This document shows, one piece after another, positions 15,146 to 30,100 of a stretch of 64,000 nucleotides of DNA (position 1 is the stretch's first letter; the number at the start of each line of letters is the position of its first letter). Position numbers and translations under genes: made by a program. The notes under the pieces are model-generated. The model was not told the DNA's origin. It ran no database searches and worked only from the letters and a program-made list of their open reading frames with translations. The stretch comes from Lytechinus pictus (lineage: Eukaryota): positions 41,108,001-41,172,000 of the forward strand of contig NC_087245.1 of the NCBI RefSeq assembly GCF_037042905.1, read 5' to 3'.

Positions 15146-18100
15146 CTAAAGAGTGAAATAAGAAAATAAAATGTAACGAAGCACTACTATTTAAAGGCCA
15201 AGTCTGTCCCAACAACAAGTTGAGTTTAATATTTAGAGAAAACCCAGACGTGCATACAATTGAAAAATTCCTTGAAATTATATGCAAAACAACAAAGTTG
15301 TGGCATTTTAAAGTTTATTTTCACACAAAAGTTAGGTGCATGTGCCGACCCTTAAAATACACAGTAATCAATGGAATGAAAGATGAAAGGATTGACAGTA
15401 AAGAACACATTTGAGGAAAAAATTAAGATAGGGTTCCCTACTAGCACAAAAGAGCCAGTTCGCCGAAATATATGTTATGCATGTATACATGGGTGTAATT
15501 GTGTATGTATCAACCTACCTTTGCTTTTAGAATGAGACTCTTTCCTTTGCTTGCAGTCTGTATAAAAAGTAACAAAAATACATAAACAATTGACCGTAAC
15601 TCTAATCAAATATGATGGTTTACCTAAAAAAGAGAGAAAATAAACTTAGCACAGAGTTCAACTTAAAGGGATGGTCCGGACTGAATATATTTATATTTAA
15701 ATAAATAGAGTAAAAAGCAGAATGCTGAAAATTTCATCAAAATCGGATAACAAATAACGAAGTTATTGAATTTCAAAGTTTATCAATATTTTGTGAAAAC
15801 AGTTATATGCACATCCTCATGAATATTCATTAGGTGGGCTGATGATGTCACATCCCCACTTTCCTTTTTCTTATGTTATTACATGAAATCATAAATGTTT
15901 CATTTTTCATACATGTGTAAATGATGTGTATCCATTATGATGAAATAGGTTGCGGCAATAAATAACTAATGCACTTAATCAGTTATCAATTCAATTGTTT
16001 AGTTCTTGGTAGAACAATTTTGAATAAACCTAATTTCATATAATAAAATACAAAAGAACAAGTGGGGATATGACATCATCAGCCCACCTAATGAATATTC
16101 ATAAAGACATGCCTAGAACTGTTTCACTGGAATAACTTCGTTATTTGTTATCCGATTTTGATCAAATTTTCAGCATTTTGCTCTGTGAATTTTATTCTAT
16201 TTATTGAGATACATGTATATATATCTCCAGCCTGAACCATACCTTTAAATTTATTCAAATCACGAAATTGACACAATATCGCTTCATAATGATGGAAGAT
16301 ATACCCTCAATTTGCTAAAGCTTCAATATCCCTATATTTCAATGTAATAAGGATACTGATTAGACCTTGAACAGAGCAGCAAATAAGCCTACAAATTAGT
16401 CTGTCATCCAGGGAAAACAATACACAGGCCTTGGGGCAATTTTGCCCCCTAAATGCTCAAGAGAGCGCTGGAAAAAACCCCATTCACTGCCATGTAGAAA
16501 TCTAGGCAATAGGTTACAGTATGAAAATAACTCCCCCCCCCCCCCCCGAAAATTAAAAACAAATATACTTGTTTTGCCTGCTGTCATCACTCTAATATGT
16601 GACCCGAAGCTAAATCACCCAGCCCTTCAACCCTTGGATTCATCTTTCTGATTATTTTCAACACATGCATGTGGTTATTTTCAATTATGAGTAAAATGAA
16701 CAAGCAATGTTAATAATATTGATAATGCATCTTTTACATTTCCTATTTGCAAACAAATGTATTTTGTTGACTGATTCTCAACTAGCTACTGATAAATGAT
16801 TGTAGAAGGTTAATGTTCAAATCAGATGAAACAAAGAAGCAAAGAAACATACCGCTTGACCTCCGGCTAGCATTGCTCCTAACTCAAAGCAGGCGTAGGG
16901 GGCAGCGTGGGCTTCAGGCTCTTTGGAAGAAGACCTTGACATACAATCCTCAAAACACTGATAAAACAAATAAAGCAAAGAGAGTCCAGAAGGATGTTTT
17001 ACTAAGAGTTGAGTATGAATAAAAAGTCATGCTTGGTGTAAGAACTAACATAGAGGTGTTGTGGCTCAGTGGATAAGTCTCTGGACTTTGAACCACAAGG
17101 TCCGAGGTTCAATCCCACACCAGTACTCGCGTCCATTGGCTAGGCATTTATTTGCATTTTCCACTCTCAACCCAGGTGTAGTAAATAGGTACCTCGTGGG
17201 AATTCCTTGAATGCTTGAGCATCCGATCAGGGTGGCCGTGCTAAAGCCGGGGTAGTAGTACGCAGCACTTTATAGAAACATTTACATTATGCAATATATC
17301 AATGTTGCATATTATTATCATCATTATTATTAATGTGCACATGCTATTGAATATGAAATCTCATTTTTCAATATGCAATAGAGCACACTCCTTGAGCACA
17401 ATCTGACAATGTATTGATTTGTTACATGCCACTTGCAACCTGTAATCTATGTCCAAATCACCTTTTCTCTGTATGGACTTGACCACTGAGGCCTGTACTC
17501 TAAACAGAGGTTTCAACTGTACCATAGTACAAAACCATGGGTTACATGTATGCAGATTTCTTGTAAGCGCCATTAGCCAACAGCGCACATTTAATTGGAT
17601 TTAATTTGATAATATGTCTGTAAAGCCCTTAGAGACGTCGTTCCGATGTATTAAGCGCTATATAAATGCGGATTATTATATATATGTTTTTTTTTCTTAC
17701 TGTACAAAATGAAATAAGCAATTACTGTATGTACAAAAATCTGCATAGTCCACGTTTTTGTGCCATGATACAGTTGAAACCTCTTAAAAAAAATATGGGC
17801 CAATATATTTGTTAACCATCCCCAGGTGGTTTGATCACACAGGGTAGGGTAGCTTCAAACAAAGACAATATAAATATAAGTTAAAATAAAAGTCATTTTC
17901 AAAATTGAAACCAACGAACGTAGAGGGCAGCAACACACGGCGGTGTTGCTAAAAGGAAGGTCCACTTCACTCAGATTTTGTGACCATTTTCAACCAGAGC
18001 ACTTTATTGGAAGATTGTAGAGTTGATTTTTGTTCGTTTGTTCAATTTTACTATTTTTTATGGATAATCAAACCACAAAGAAAATATGTTAAATTATATT

Positions 18101-21100
18101 ATTTAAGTATTTTTGTATTTTAAAAAAATGTAAGACAAAAGGAAATCATTATTCTTGTAGTTTGCAGAGCAATAAAAATACATAGACTAATGACATTTGT
18201 GTTACTGTTCTTCTGCTTAATTTCGCTGCCCCTACTAAACCTACACAAGCTATTATTATTATTATTATTATTACTTATTATTTGTACTGCGCTTTTCCCA
18301 TTAGGCCCAAAGCGCTTACAATGAATTAATTAAATGTAATATTTTAAAAACTACAAAGTACGAAAGAGATGAGTTTTTAATGACTTTTTGAAAATTGCTA
18401 ATGTTGGAGACTGTCTAATTATTAGTGGCAGGTCGTTCCAGGATTTTGAAGCCGACACTGTAAAAGTTCTGTCACCAGCTAATGTACGAGTTAATGAATA
18501 TGTGAGGCAAAGTTGATCACTGGCCGACCTAAGTGCTCTAGTTGGTGTATACAGATTCAAGCAGTTACTTAAATACTGTGGAGCCTGTTTATTCAGTGTT
18601 TTGTAGACAATCAAGAGTAATTTGAACGTAATTCTCTGTTTAAAAGGAAGCCAGTGAAGAGAATTAAAGAGTGGTTGGGAAGGATGATCTCGGGAAACCT
18701 GTAAAATTAATCGTGCTGCCCAATTTTGTAGTCGTTGAATACGAATTAATTGATTAGAGGGAATTGTAGAAAGGAGCCCATTGCAATAATCAATACGAGA
18801 CAGAACCAATGAACGAACAGCATTGTGACAGGCAGACTGGTCAATGAACCTTCTGATTCTAGAAATGTTCCTTAAATAAAAAGTGACTGTGCTACAGATA
18901 TGAGAGATATGGTACGACATTGACATGCGGGAATCAAATATGACACCAAGGTTTCTTATTTTTTCTGATGGTCTAAAGAGTGTACCATCAACATCAAGTT
19001 GAACATTTGGAAGATTGCACAAGTTATAAGTAGAGGCCGCAACAAAAAATTCAGTTTTTTTGTCATTTAATTTGAGCTTATTCACTATCATCCACTGTCT
19101 TATATCTGATATACAATTCTGGAGTTTAACCAGTGCATTATTGAGAGCTCCAAGCCAAGACCGTGATGCTCTGGCCTGGCTGCGCCGAAATTTCCCGGTC
19201 ACCTCGGTGCGCATAGGCCTACTGCGCGAATGATATGCGGCAGCTGGCCTCACTGCATTGGCCATGATAATCTCAACGCGACTCGACATAACTAGATATA
19301 GACTTGGTCTGTCATTGATGTGGCACCAAGACGGATGAGCAACGATAAATATTCAAGGTTAGAATTTTAATTTTCACTTACAGTGTAGATTGTAGTCTGA
19401 AAATCTAAATTAAATATGCTATATCCACAAATCCAACCCAGATTTTGCAATCCATCAGGCAGGATCGAAATTGCCACTACACTAGCAAAGCAAAGTCCTA
19501 GTCAAATAATAGACCTAATATTAGACCAAAATTATCTAGTTCAGTATCAAGCTATGTATATTTCGACAGGTCTTGACTTGAGACGAACTATCAAGGGGCG
19601 AAGGTCTATGTCACATCTACTATTTTCATTCCTTAATTTTTTCAAAACTTTGTGTTAGCATATGCATGCAGCCAACCGTACCATACCTCATAACCGACAG
19701 GGCCGGGGCGTCAGCGCGGTTATGCCAGCCATGGCGCTTGTATATTCAAGAGGTGGTGCTGGATTGTGTAGGCGCATTAATGTGGTGCAGCAAAATTTAG
19801 ATGAAGAACGTAACAACCTCACGTATCCTCTTTATCATATTGATATGCAAAGTCATAAAACCGTTGTCACCACCACATAATATTTTATGAAAAATACAAG
19901 GACAAATATTTCATATTTTTAAGCATGATATCTGATGTAAAAACTTTTCAAGCAAAAATAATGATAAAGAGGGAATGAAAATAAACAACTCTACAATCTA
20001 CTAAAAAAGTGCTCTGAGAGAATTTTGGTGGTCACAAAATGAGCTTGGCTAAATCCGGGTGAAATTAGCAGACTGGTTTATTTATGGCAGAATCTAATCC
20101 TGCTTTACTGAAGATTTACAAAAAAATAAGACAATAATTTAGTGACAGTTTCATTTTCAAAATGCGGTACTTTATTATTCCATTGTTTATATATTTTTTT
20201 GTTTCTATTATTTGAATCTGGTATGTCATAATCTATCAGTTTACCTCTATCTTGCTATTACTCTGTGAGTGTATTGCATCGGTTCATGGTTTCGTTGGCA
20301 TGACTACAAAATTGTTCGCGCACTTCAATTGCATGCGCGGATCGAGTGGACCTTCCTAAAAGCAACACTGCTGTGTTGCTGCCCTCTACGTTCGTTGATT
20401 GAAACTATCGGAAAAATTTGTTTTAAACAACTACAATTATATTGAAGATGTGGAAGAGGTTCATCATGGTGAAGGATTGAGTAAAAGAAATAACCAGTTG
20501 TCTCACGATGTATCAAACGTAGTTTGATCTTTTTTAAAAGTTAATACCAGGTACGCTATTTTCTCTTCTCCCAATATCATCTTCTAAAGCCCAGCGCACA
20601 CAATACAGTTTGATCTGGCACCTGATAGAACTCAATGGGCCCCGTCTTACAAAGATTTACGATTGATCCGATCAATCACAACTATGGACGGCCAGCAATG
20701 TCAACATCTATTATGCATGTTTGTTCAAAATATTTTCTAACTATGATGTATATTCAAGCACTCATTGTTTTCTAAAAGAATTCACTGTGCTACTCTTTGT
20801 TTACAAAGGACATTGTGCGAATTTCCTGAAGAAGAAATTATGACACTGATGGATTTCCATAGAGTTACGATTGATTGGACCAATCGTAACTCTTTGTAAG
20901 ATGGGGCCCTGATGTAAAATATGTAAATTTATCAAATACATTTTCTGGTTACTATTTTTCACACCACATCTGCTTTGGGCCACATGCATTAAGGTCACCT
21001 AGTAATGATGAAATGTAATAGTGATACGCACTTTATGGGGGATTTACCACAACTAAAGATAGGCGTTAACTATACAATGCTTTTCCCTGTGTATTCTCTG

Positions 21101-24100
21101 TTCATTCTAAGTCACCATCCCATTGTATCAAACCATGTCAGTAGATTTAAATTCAGAAAGAAGTTCACCTCACCTGCATAGCAATCTCAACGTTTCCAAG
21201 GCAACGATGTATTGCACCTTTTAGAAGTGATATTAAGGTTCTATGAGACTTGTCACTTTCAGCAACATCACACTCTGTGAAAGAAAAAAAAAGGAGGAAC
21301 ATCAAATTTTTGCAAAGAGTATAAAAATTGTCTATTAGAAGAAGTAGAATGCCTCCAGCAGTCTTAATTGCATTACATGATTCAATATAGCAGCAGCTTT
21401 TAGACAAGCCCCTGCATCTGATATATCACGTATGTCAGGGGGCAGATCCAGGAATTTCCAAAGGGGGGGGGGGGGGGCACATTTTCCGAGAAAAAATTTG
21501 ACAAGGTAAAAAAAAAGGTCTTCACTTTAAAAGGGGGGGGCACACTTCTATTTTAAAGGCATTTTTACATTTCAAATTTAAATTGTGCCTCTCAAAGGGG
21601 GGGGGGGGCGGCACGGGCTGGCTGTGCGCCCCCCCCTTGGATCCGCCAGCGACGTATATCAGAAACCCTGACCTTGATACCTGTGTGATCTCACTCATGT
21701 AACCCAATTTAGGTATAACCTAAAATCTAATGCCAATAAAGTAATCCATATCCCAAGATGTCGAACCAATTCTGGCAAGCACGCGTTCCTGGCAACTGCT
21801 CCAAGAGCATGGAACAATCTTCCCAATTCTATAAAGAATGCAATTTCACTCAATATATTCAAGAAAAAAATTAAAAAACACCTTTCCGCTAATGCCCGTT
21901 TGCCAGCATTGGTCTTTCAATGTTCTTTACTTTACATTCATTTAAGTTTGTTTTGTTTCATTGTAATTTTTTTTAAATATGTAATGCGCTTTGCACCTTT
22001 CCAAGAAAAAGGAACTATAGAAATGCAATTATTATTATTATTGAAATGGAAGATAAGAAAGAGAGATAAATGTATGAACTGAACATGAAATGCACCAATT
22101 GGAACATGATAAAAGTGACTAAAATGCATTTAAATGCAATATTTACCCTTAAGCATAAGCCTCAAGGCTTCTTCGTTGCAATCAGGCATTGCCTTCCACA
22201 GATAAAGCACTTCAATGGCCATCAGTTTAGCTTGAGCCTGGGTTGGCAGTTTCTTCTTAAACTTGTTGGACTTCCGGAGGACGAAGGACTCCAGTTGGTT
22301 GTTCTTCTTCTTGGTAAGACCTGGAACTTCTCTGAAGAGCTCCTGGGCTGTCTCCACCTGACCAAGTGCTCCCTGACAAACTGGAATATAAATTGTAGGA
22401 TAAGATATGAGATGATAGGCATAAACCTTGCTTTTCAATAAATAGGACATCATTATCACCACATCTATTGTTCAGATCATTGATTTAAAAAAAAAAAAAT
22501 TGACAGGATTTGCATGTAAACCATCTTAAAGGGATGCTCTAGGCTGAACATATTCATATCACAATAAATAGAGTAAAATTCACAGAGCAAAATGCTGAAA
22601 ATTTCATCAAAATCGGATAACAAATAACAAAGTTATTGAATTTTAAAGATATGAATTATTCCGGTGAAACAGTTCTAGGCATGTCTTCATGAATATTCAA
22701 TGAGCAAACTGATGATGTGACATATCCCCATTTGCTCTTTTCTATTGTATTATATGAAATTAGGTTTATTCAAAATTTTTCTACCAAGAACTGAAACAAT
22801 TGGATTGACAACTGATTAAGTGCATTAGTTATTTATTGCTGCAACTTATTTCATTATAATGGAGACACATCATTCACACATGTATGAAAAAATGAAACAA
22901 TTATGATTTCATGTAATAACATAAGAAAAGGGAAAGTGGGGATGTGAGTGACATCATCAGCCAACCTAATGAATATTCATGACATGCATATAACTATTTT
23001 TACAAAAGATCGCTAAATTTTAAAATTCAATAACTTTTGTATTTGTTATCCAATTTTGATGAAATTTTGCTCTGTGAATTTTACACTATTTATTCAGATA
23101 TGAATATTTCCAGCCCGGAGTATCCATTTAATGAGTTGAATAAACATCAAAACTATGGGAATTTTTTTTTTCTAACTGGGAACTAATTTCCTTCGTTTTG
23201 CTGTTTCACATTTAAAATCCATCAATTGGCCGTTTGGGGCTCTTAGGGCTAATCACCCTATTCCCTATGTACATGCCATTGCTGTTTGAAACTTTAGGGA
23301 CAGTAACTTTCTGTTTTACCGGTAAAAGAAATGGAACATCTGTTTGGTGCTTATACTTTTCATGCAGAAAATCATGGAATTCACCTTTGCAAGATGTAAT
23401 TCAGGTTTTTGCTGTGTGTATTTAAAGTGAAAAACAGAATTTCCATTTTTAGATCAAGTTTGTCAGAAAACTACCCTTCTTTGTAACCAAATACTTTTTC
23501 TTCATTTCAGATATACAGGAGCTGCAATTCGCTTTTCTTTGTAATGCAAATAAGTTGCTAGAGCAGGAGTGTGAGTGGTAGTGAGAGTGACTCTTGGATG
23601 GTTGAGCGGATTTGAATGAGAGTGTGTTCAAGTGAATGGGCAGGTATGTATGTGAGGGGTTTCTCAGTTTGTCTCACTGCTAATTGAAGAAGCTATTTAT
23701 GTGGTCAAAGAGGAAAGACTTCTATCATGTCCATTACTTATCAGCCATGTTGCTGAATTTATTTTGAAGCCAAGCACTACCAAAGCTGAATTGTAAGTTA
23801 TAAATTGTCTTGTTTTCACACTTACTATGATGTGTTATTCTCTGAAGAATTTGATATTGAATTATAAGGAAGATGTTTTAGTATTATAAAGACTGTGGAG
23901 TTGTATCAGGCATAATGTGTGAAGATAGATTGATGATTGATAAATAATTGCCGCTCAGGATTAATCCTGATTTACAGTTGTCTCTTTATTGCATACAAAA
24001 TAGGTAACATTTTATTCAGTAAAACAAGTATTTACCTTAATCTTTAACTTCACACAGATATTTCTAAATGATGATTTGCTTTTGGTTTGATTGTTATTTG

Positions 24101-27100
24101 ATCTAAAGTAAGTGTGGGTGTCAAACAGAAATCGTAATAAACCGTTACAATTGTATTACATAGAGATAAGGTATTATTTGCCTATCGCTATCTATGGAAG
24201 TTTGGATTGTAATTACAGGTGGCTCCTCCCTTTGGGGACTAGAACTCAGTGTTTTAAAGCCAAGTGAAGGGTTAGTCAGCTTGCATGTGGCAGAACTTCC
24301 CCCTCCTGTGTGGTGAACTAACTTCGTGGATCTCGCAATACTGAGTGAGAGATGATGGCATCAAGCTTCTGTGTGGTGGGGAAATGTTCTACTATCTTCG
24401 TGCTGTACCCATTTGCGACTAGCTAATCTTCAAAAGGAAAGTAAGAACAGTACCATCTGGCTATTACATGTCCGCTCTACTTGCTATGCCTAAAGCAAGG
24501 AACATTTATGTCGCAATCTCCGGACATTGAACTCTAGCCAACTTCCATAGAAGTCCGACTCAATTTCATTTCAATGATTTGATTTCTGCCAGACTAGTTA
24601 CTGAACATAATTCCACAAATATATATTTATATTTATTTTTATTCTTGTTGACACCCAATATTAAGTGACTATGAGCTTATTAAGTGCATCATGAGTACTC
24701 TGATAATAAAGGGAGACTAAACTTAATCTTCCTCGACTTCATAATCTGTTTGTGTCCAAGCATTTTCCTGACAAAGTTTAAACAGAATTACAGATTTTCA
24801 GAAACGGAAAAGACCATTTTTTGAAACGGAAAATCACTGTCTCTAAAACTTACATCACTCAGTACCTTGAAATGTACTTTATATCTTGTAGCATCAGTAT
24901 ATATACTTTTGGAGCCAGCAGATATAAAATGTTCTTCTAAAGGAATGCTATTAATCACCTCAAAAGACAAAATAACCATCACTACTTCCACCACCATGGA
25001 AACACTGTCATCAATAACATTACCATTATAAAACAAATTCATCCTTAAAAGCTTTAATTAAGGTAATTATATTCCTAGACTGAGGTAATCAAAATGGCTT
25101 CATACTTGCAGTGAGGTATGCATAGTAACTCTGAGCCCACCTAGACTCCTCTTTTAACCGGGCGAACGCCAGCAGGCTCTCTTCCCAATTGAGCCGCATC
25201 AGATTACACCATCCAAGCTCATAAAGGCATATAAGTTGAATCTCTCTCTGTTCTGAGCAGGCTTCCAATGCAGCCTCATACGTTTTCAAGGCACCGTCCA
25301 AGTTGCCCTGTAATATTGATAAGAAAATGAGTAAAAAGATCTAATACCATAGTGTGATGTCATAAATTTCATTTTTAATGTGTGCATTTGTTGATATGGA
25401 AATGAGTAAAAAGATGATCTATTAGAGTACCAAGACAAGACAAGTGGTCTTTGTGAGCAGAGTCGCTCTTGAAGAACAGTTCCTGTGATACTATTTTTTT
25501 TTCAATTGGCATTTCTGTTTTGGTTATGGTAACTGGTGCAGGAGCTCTGCAGGACAGCTTTTTTTATTGTTAATTAAATGCCAAGCTGGTATATAACAAA
25601 TTACATAGGAAACATTGTACGTCAGGCATAGTGGCTGACCTTATAGACGACATAAATTACTCTCGGCCTTTTTAATCAAAGTGGAGACAATGGCAAAGAG
25701 GGAATCAAATTCACTACCTCATGATAATGAGTCCAATGCTCTAAACACTAGACCACACAGCTTGAATTACTTTGCCATTTGGCAAAATAATTCAAGCAAA
25801 TCCAAACTTATGGTCTTAATTGACAGGTGCTTCTGTACATGCGGTCGCTGAAATAGGTTTGACAGTATTTACTTTGAAACAAATGCTGAACAACATATTA
25901 TCGTTTTGGCCCAGTGGGTTAGTCTCCGGACTTTGAAACAGAGGGTTGTGGGTTCGAATCCCGGCTATAACTTAATTTTCTTCAGCAAGAAATTGATCCA
26001 GAATGTGCTGCACTCAACCCAGGTGAGGTAAATGGGTACCGTCAGGAACGGATTCCTCAAAAAGCTGTGAGCACCAGATCGGTAGACTAGCTGAACAGGA
26101 GTAATATAATATAGGAGCACCTTGAGCACTTATGTGTTATACAAATACTCTATTATTATTATTATGTCTTGCAACAAGGGGCCGTTTCACAAAGCTGATC
26201 GTAAGTTAAGAGCGAATTTAAGAACGACTGGTGAACCTTTCTTACGCGCTAAACCATCGCCAATGGTGTATACCACTTACCACAAGAAAGGATCACCAGT
26301 CGTTCTTAAAGTCGCTCTTAACTTACGAACAGCTTTATGAAACACCCACCAGGACATATTGAAGACTGCTACAGACACAACCAAATAAAATCACTAAATG
26401 GAACAAACCTCAAGTTTCTGTACCCTTCCTTCATAGAACATCACTAATGCTGAGTTGGGGTATGCTGCCTTCCTCTCCCCGAGGATCTTCTGAGCTGCCT
26501 GGATACAGGAAGCTTTGTTCTTACTGTCAATACCAAAGAAGGGACGGACTACCGTGTGGTACCACAGGAGAGTTAACCTGAAAATAGGTATCAAACAAAA
26601 AATGAACACAAGTAAAGTGGTTTTATTTCATTTCTGTTTCTGCTTCTGTTTATGGTAACTACCGTAGGAACTCGGCAGGACAGCATTTTGCTGGTAAACG
26701 CCACGCTGGTATATAACCAATTACCTAGGAAACATTTTACGTCTAGGTTAATCAGTCATAGTGGCTGACCGTATAGATGACAGATATCACTCTCGGGCCT
26801 TTTTTTATCACAGTGAAGACAATGGCAGAGTGAGGATTCGAACTCACAACCTTGCGATTATGAGTCCAATGCTCTAACCAAGTTACCACACGACCTGTGT
26901 GGTCTATATCTGAGGTAGTCTAAATCTATTTGGTCTACTAGATGTTTCAATTTCTGCCAGGGTTTGAGCAGGTATAGTACACAATTTCCATCCCTCCCTT
27001 CTAGTCTTCAAATTCAGACCACTGTATAATGAAACAACCATGGAATTTTGCCTGCAAACTACAGATCAAATCAAGGAATTGCATGTGTATATTGTTAGCT

Positions 27101-30100
27101 TAACGCCGAGGATTAAAGGAGTGGTCATTCTGCGAGCGATTTGATGTGGTATGGTTACCCTCATGGTGTTTGGTGTGCAAGTGCCTTAAAGATACCTCTA
27201 CTTACATGGCCAGGGGGGCCTTCATATCAGTACTGTGACTAGCCGTATCCAGGCATTTCAGACCAAACTCTTTGTTTCCATGGAAGCCCAGGAGATTGAC
27301 AACCGTCAACAGGTTCGGAGGCATCATGGATATCACCAGCTGCAGGACTCCATAGCCAAAGGACACGCCCCCTTTCAACCTGGCCAAGGCATCTTCTTCC
27401 ACGGCCACAAGGTCCTTCTGGCTCAACGAGGCATCGTCGTCGAGGTCAAGGGTCGCGACCTCATTATTGTGGTTGGAGGCACTTTCGGCTGACATGGAAT
27501 TTGAATTTGGCTCCATTTCGAGGGCGGCCGAGGCATCTTCCACGAGCATCACGGGCGTTTCTTCCATCTTTTCCCCACGGGCTTCGTAGACTTTACCAAT
27601 GTCCCGATAGGCTTTCTCGTAGAGCTTGTAGCCCTTACGTATTAACCATCCACCCTGTATAACAAACAGAATTTTGTCAACCACTATACTCATATCTTTT
27701 CAATCTTCAATGGGGAAGAAAACAATCACCATGCACTAAATATTTAAAAAAATTCTTTAACTTTTGTCAATTGAAGTAAAACATGTATATATATATCCAG
27801 AATCTAATCATGCAAATGAAAAATAACTTTTGACTATTCACACTTCCCCAGCACGCCTCAAAACATTCCCAATATGATATTCCTTTGATATTGATTCTCA
27901 TATGTTTGTAATATTTGTTTCTGTTGTTGTGGGGCCTCGTACAACAGTATACCAATTACTGATGGAGCCACCCTACTAAAATAAGACATATGAATAAATA
28001 AATGAAAGAATGAATGAATGAACGAACGAACAAATAAATAAATGAGTCAGAGTGCTTGACCTCATCAGCATATGACCTTTGACCTCACCTTGATGAACCC
28101 TGTGACCTCATTCCTTGAGAAGATGAGCATGGCCATGTAGAGCTGACAATCTGCGGACAGGATCCTCCTCTGGAGCCTCTCCTCGACGCTGAGCTTGGAC
28201 TCTGAGGAATCCTTCTTCAGGATCCTGTGTTTGAGGGACTTCATGAAACCATCCTGGTAGGAATTGCACAGTTTGTCCGTCTCCTTGATGTCTTCCATGG
28301 CGGCGTCCAGCTTGTCGTCTTCGTATGTCATCAGGGCATTCTGAAACAGGCAACAAATGTATATACATTGAATTCTTCTCTCATACAATTTTCCAAAAAT
28401 GTGATAAAGGAAAAGAAAATAACAGTGCTCAAATGTTAATAACTGGAACAATTCCATATTTGCCTACTGCCATCACACCAAATTTAATGAAACTACATGT
28501 ACTGTATGCAAAAGGAGAGATAAAAATCTTGATTTATTTATGATTTGAATGATTTCGTTAAATCCTACAAGAGTGATACAAAGCTCATTCCCTTGACCAT
28601 TGAATAAAATACACACACATACATGTATATGTGTGTTTTTTCATTATTATGCAATTGCAATTAACATTTCCTAAGTACTTCACTTCCTCTATCTATGTCT
28701 GGTGATGATAATAAATGCATAGTCACGTTTATGAATACAAACATATGCGGCAAGACACGTGTCTTTATAAGGACCTCTCTGGACTGGATAGTGCATTATA
28801 GTAATGCTTCCCGTAGGCTGATCATTCTTAATATTCCTTCAGAGAGAAGGTGTGACATGTCGGGAACTTGTCACTATCTACAAGATCTACATTAGACCAT
28901 TTGAGTTTGCTGTGCCTGCTTGGGCTTCTAGCATTACCTACCAACAATCATTGAGCTAGTTCAGAAGAGGGCCGAATGTCTTGCCATACAATGAACTTCT
29001 GCATACATTGTACTATGAATGTGCCATCTCTTAGAGACAGGCGAAGTGAATTTGTTGAGGGATTTGCACGCTCATTGCTAAAATCGAAATGACATCGCCA
29101 CTTCCTGCCGGAAACCCGAAGTGTTAGGACTGAACTTTCTTTAAGAAATGCACATTATCTCTAAATACCCCAATTTGTGAAATTGTTACTCTGTAATGTA
29201 ATCATGGCGGAAATCCCAGGGGGGACGGGGGGGGGGGGGGGGGGGGGCGCATCCTCCCTACCATTCAGAAAGGGGGGGGACACAATATCAAATGTCCCCC
29301 CTACTATTTGTGGTCTTTTATGATGGGAAAAATACATCATTCAATCATGTGGGATCCTACATGTATTTTGGACAAAATTACCTTACATTTAGGGTGATAA
29401 CCTTTTTCTTTTTTTTCTTTTTTTTTGCTCGTTAAATTTTCCGAGGGGAAAAAATCCTTGATCCGCCCCTGGTCCCCCTACCTTTAGGGAGAGATTTCCT
29501 CCCATGCTACATTGTAATGTAATGTAATGCAATGTCCATGTTTTGAGCAATGTGTACCACTTACTCCACCCCCTATTGTTTACCAAAATTTCTTGTACAT
29601 TACTAAAACGTCACCTTTTAATTTCAATGATTGAAGTTCCATTATTTAATACTTATGATGTACCAAGTAACTTTGGTCTACTTTTAATGGATGTTTCCTG
29701 TTTTCTTCATGTAAATAATGCGTGCTATCAATATTAATTTCAGACTGTACATTTCTATTATGAATGGCTATATTTACTTATCCTTTGATTTCTGTACATA
29801 CCACAACTCTAAAAATAATTCTAATTGTAATTTAATCATTCGCAACATTGATTAGAGCCCCGTCTTACAAAGAGTTACGATTGATCCGATCAATCTCAAG
29901 TATATAGAAATCCATCAGTCATAATTTTTTCTTTTGGAAATTTGCTCAATGTCCTTTGAAAATAAAGAGAAGCATACTGAATTGTCAAGAAAACAGTTAA
30001 TGTATGAAATTGAATATACATCATTTCTAGAAAATATTTTGAACAAACATGTATTTCAGATGTTGACATTGCTGGCTTTCCATAGTTGCGATTGATCGGA

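Noticed and set aside
17053..17125. Possible tRNA genes at the SINE heads (also 25905, 26821, 54742)
   Set aside because: No paired acceptor stem; each continues into a SINE body and tail or is degenerate.
23230..24470. Possible solo LTR (TGTAA...TTACA, internal AATAAA)
   Set aside because: No matching target-site duplication for any candidate start, and no second copy in the window.
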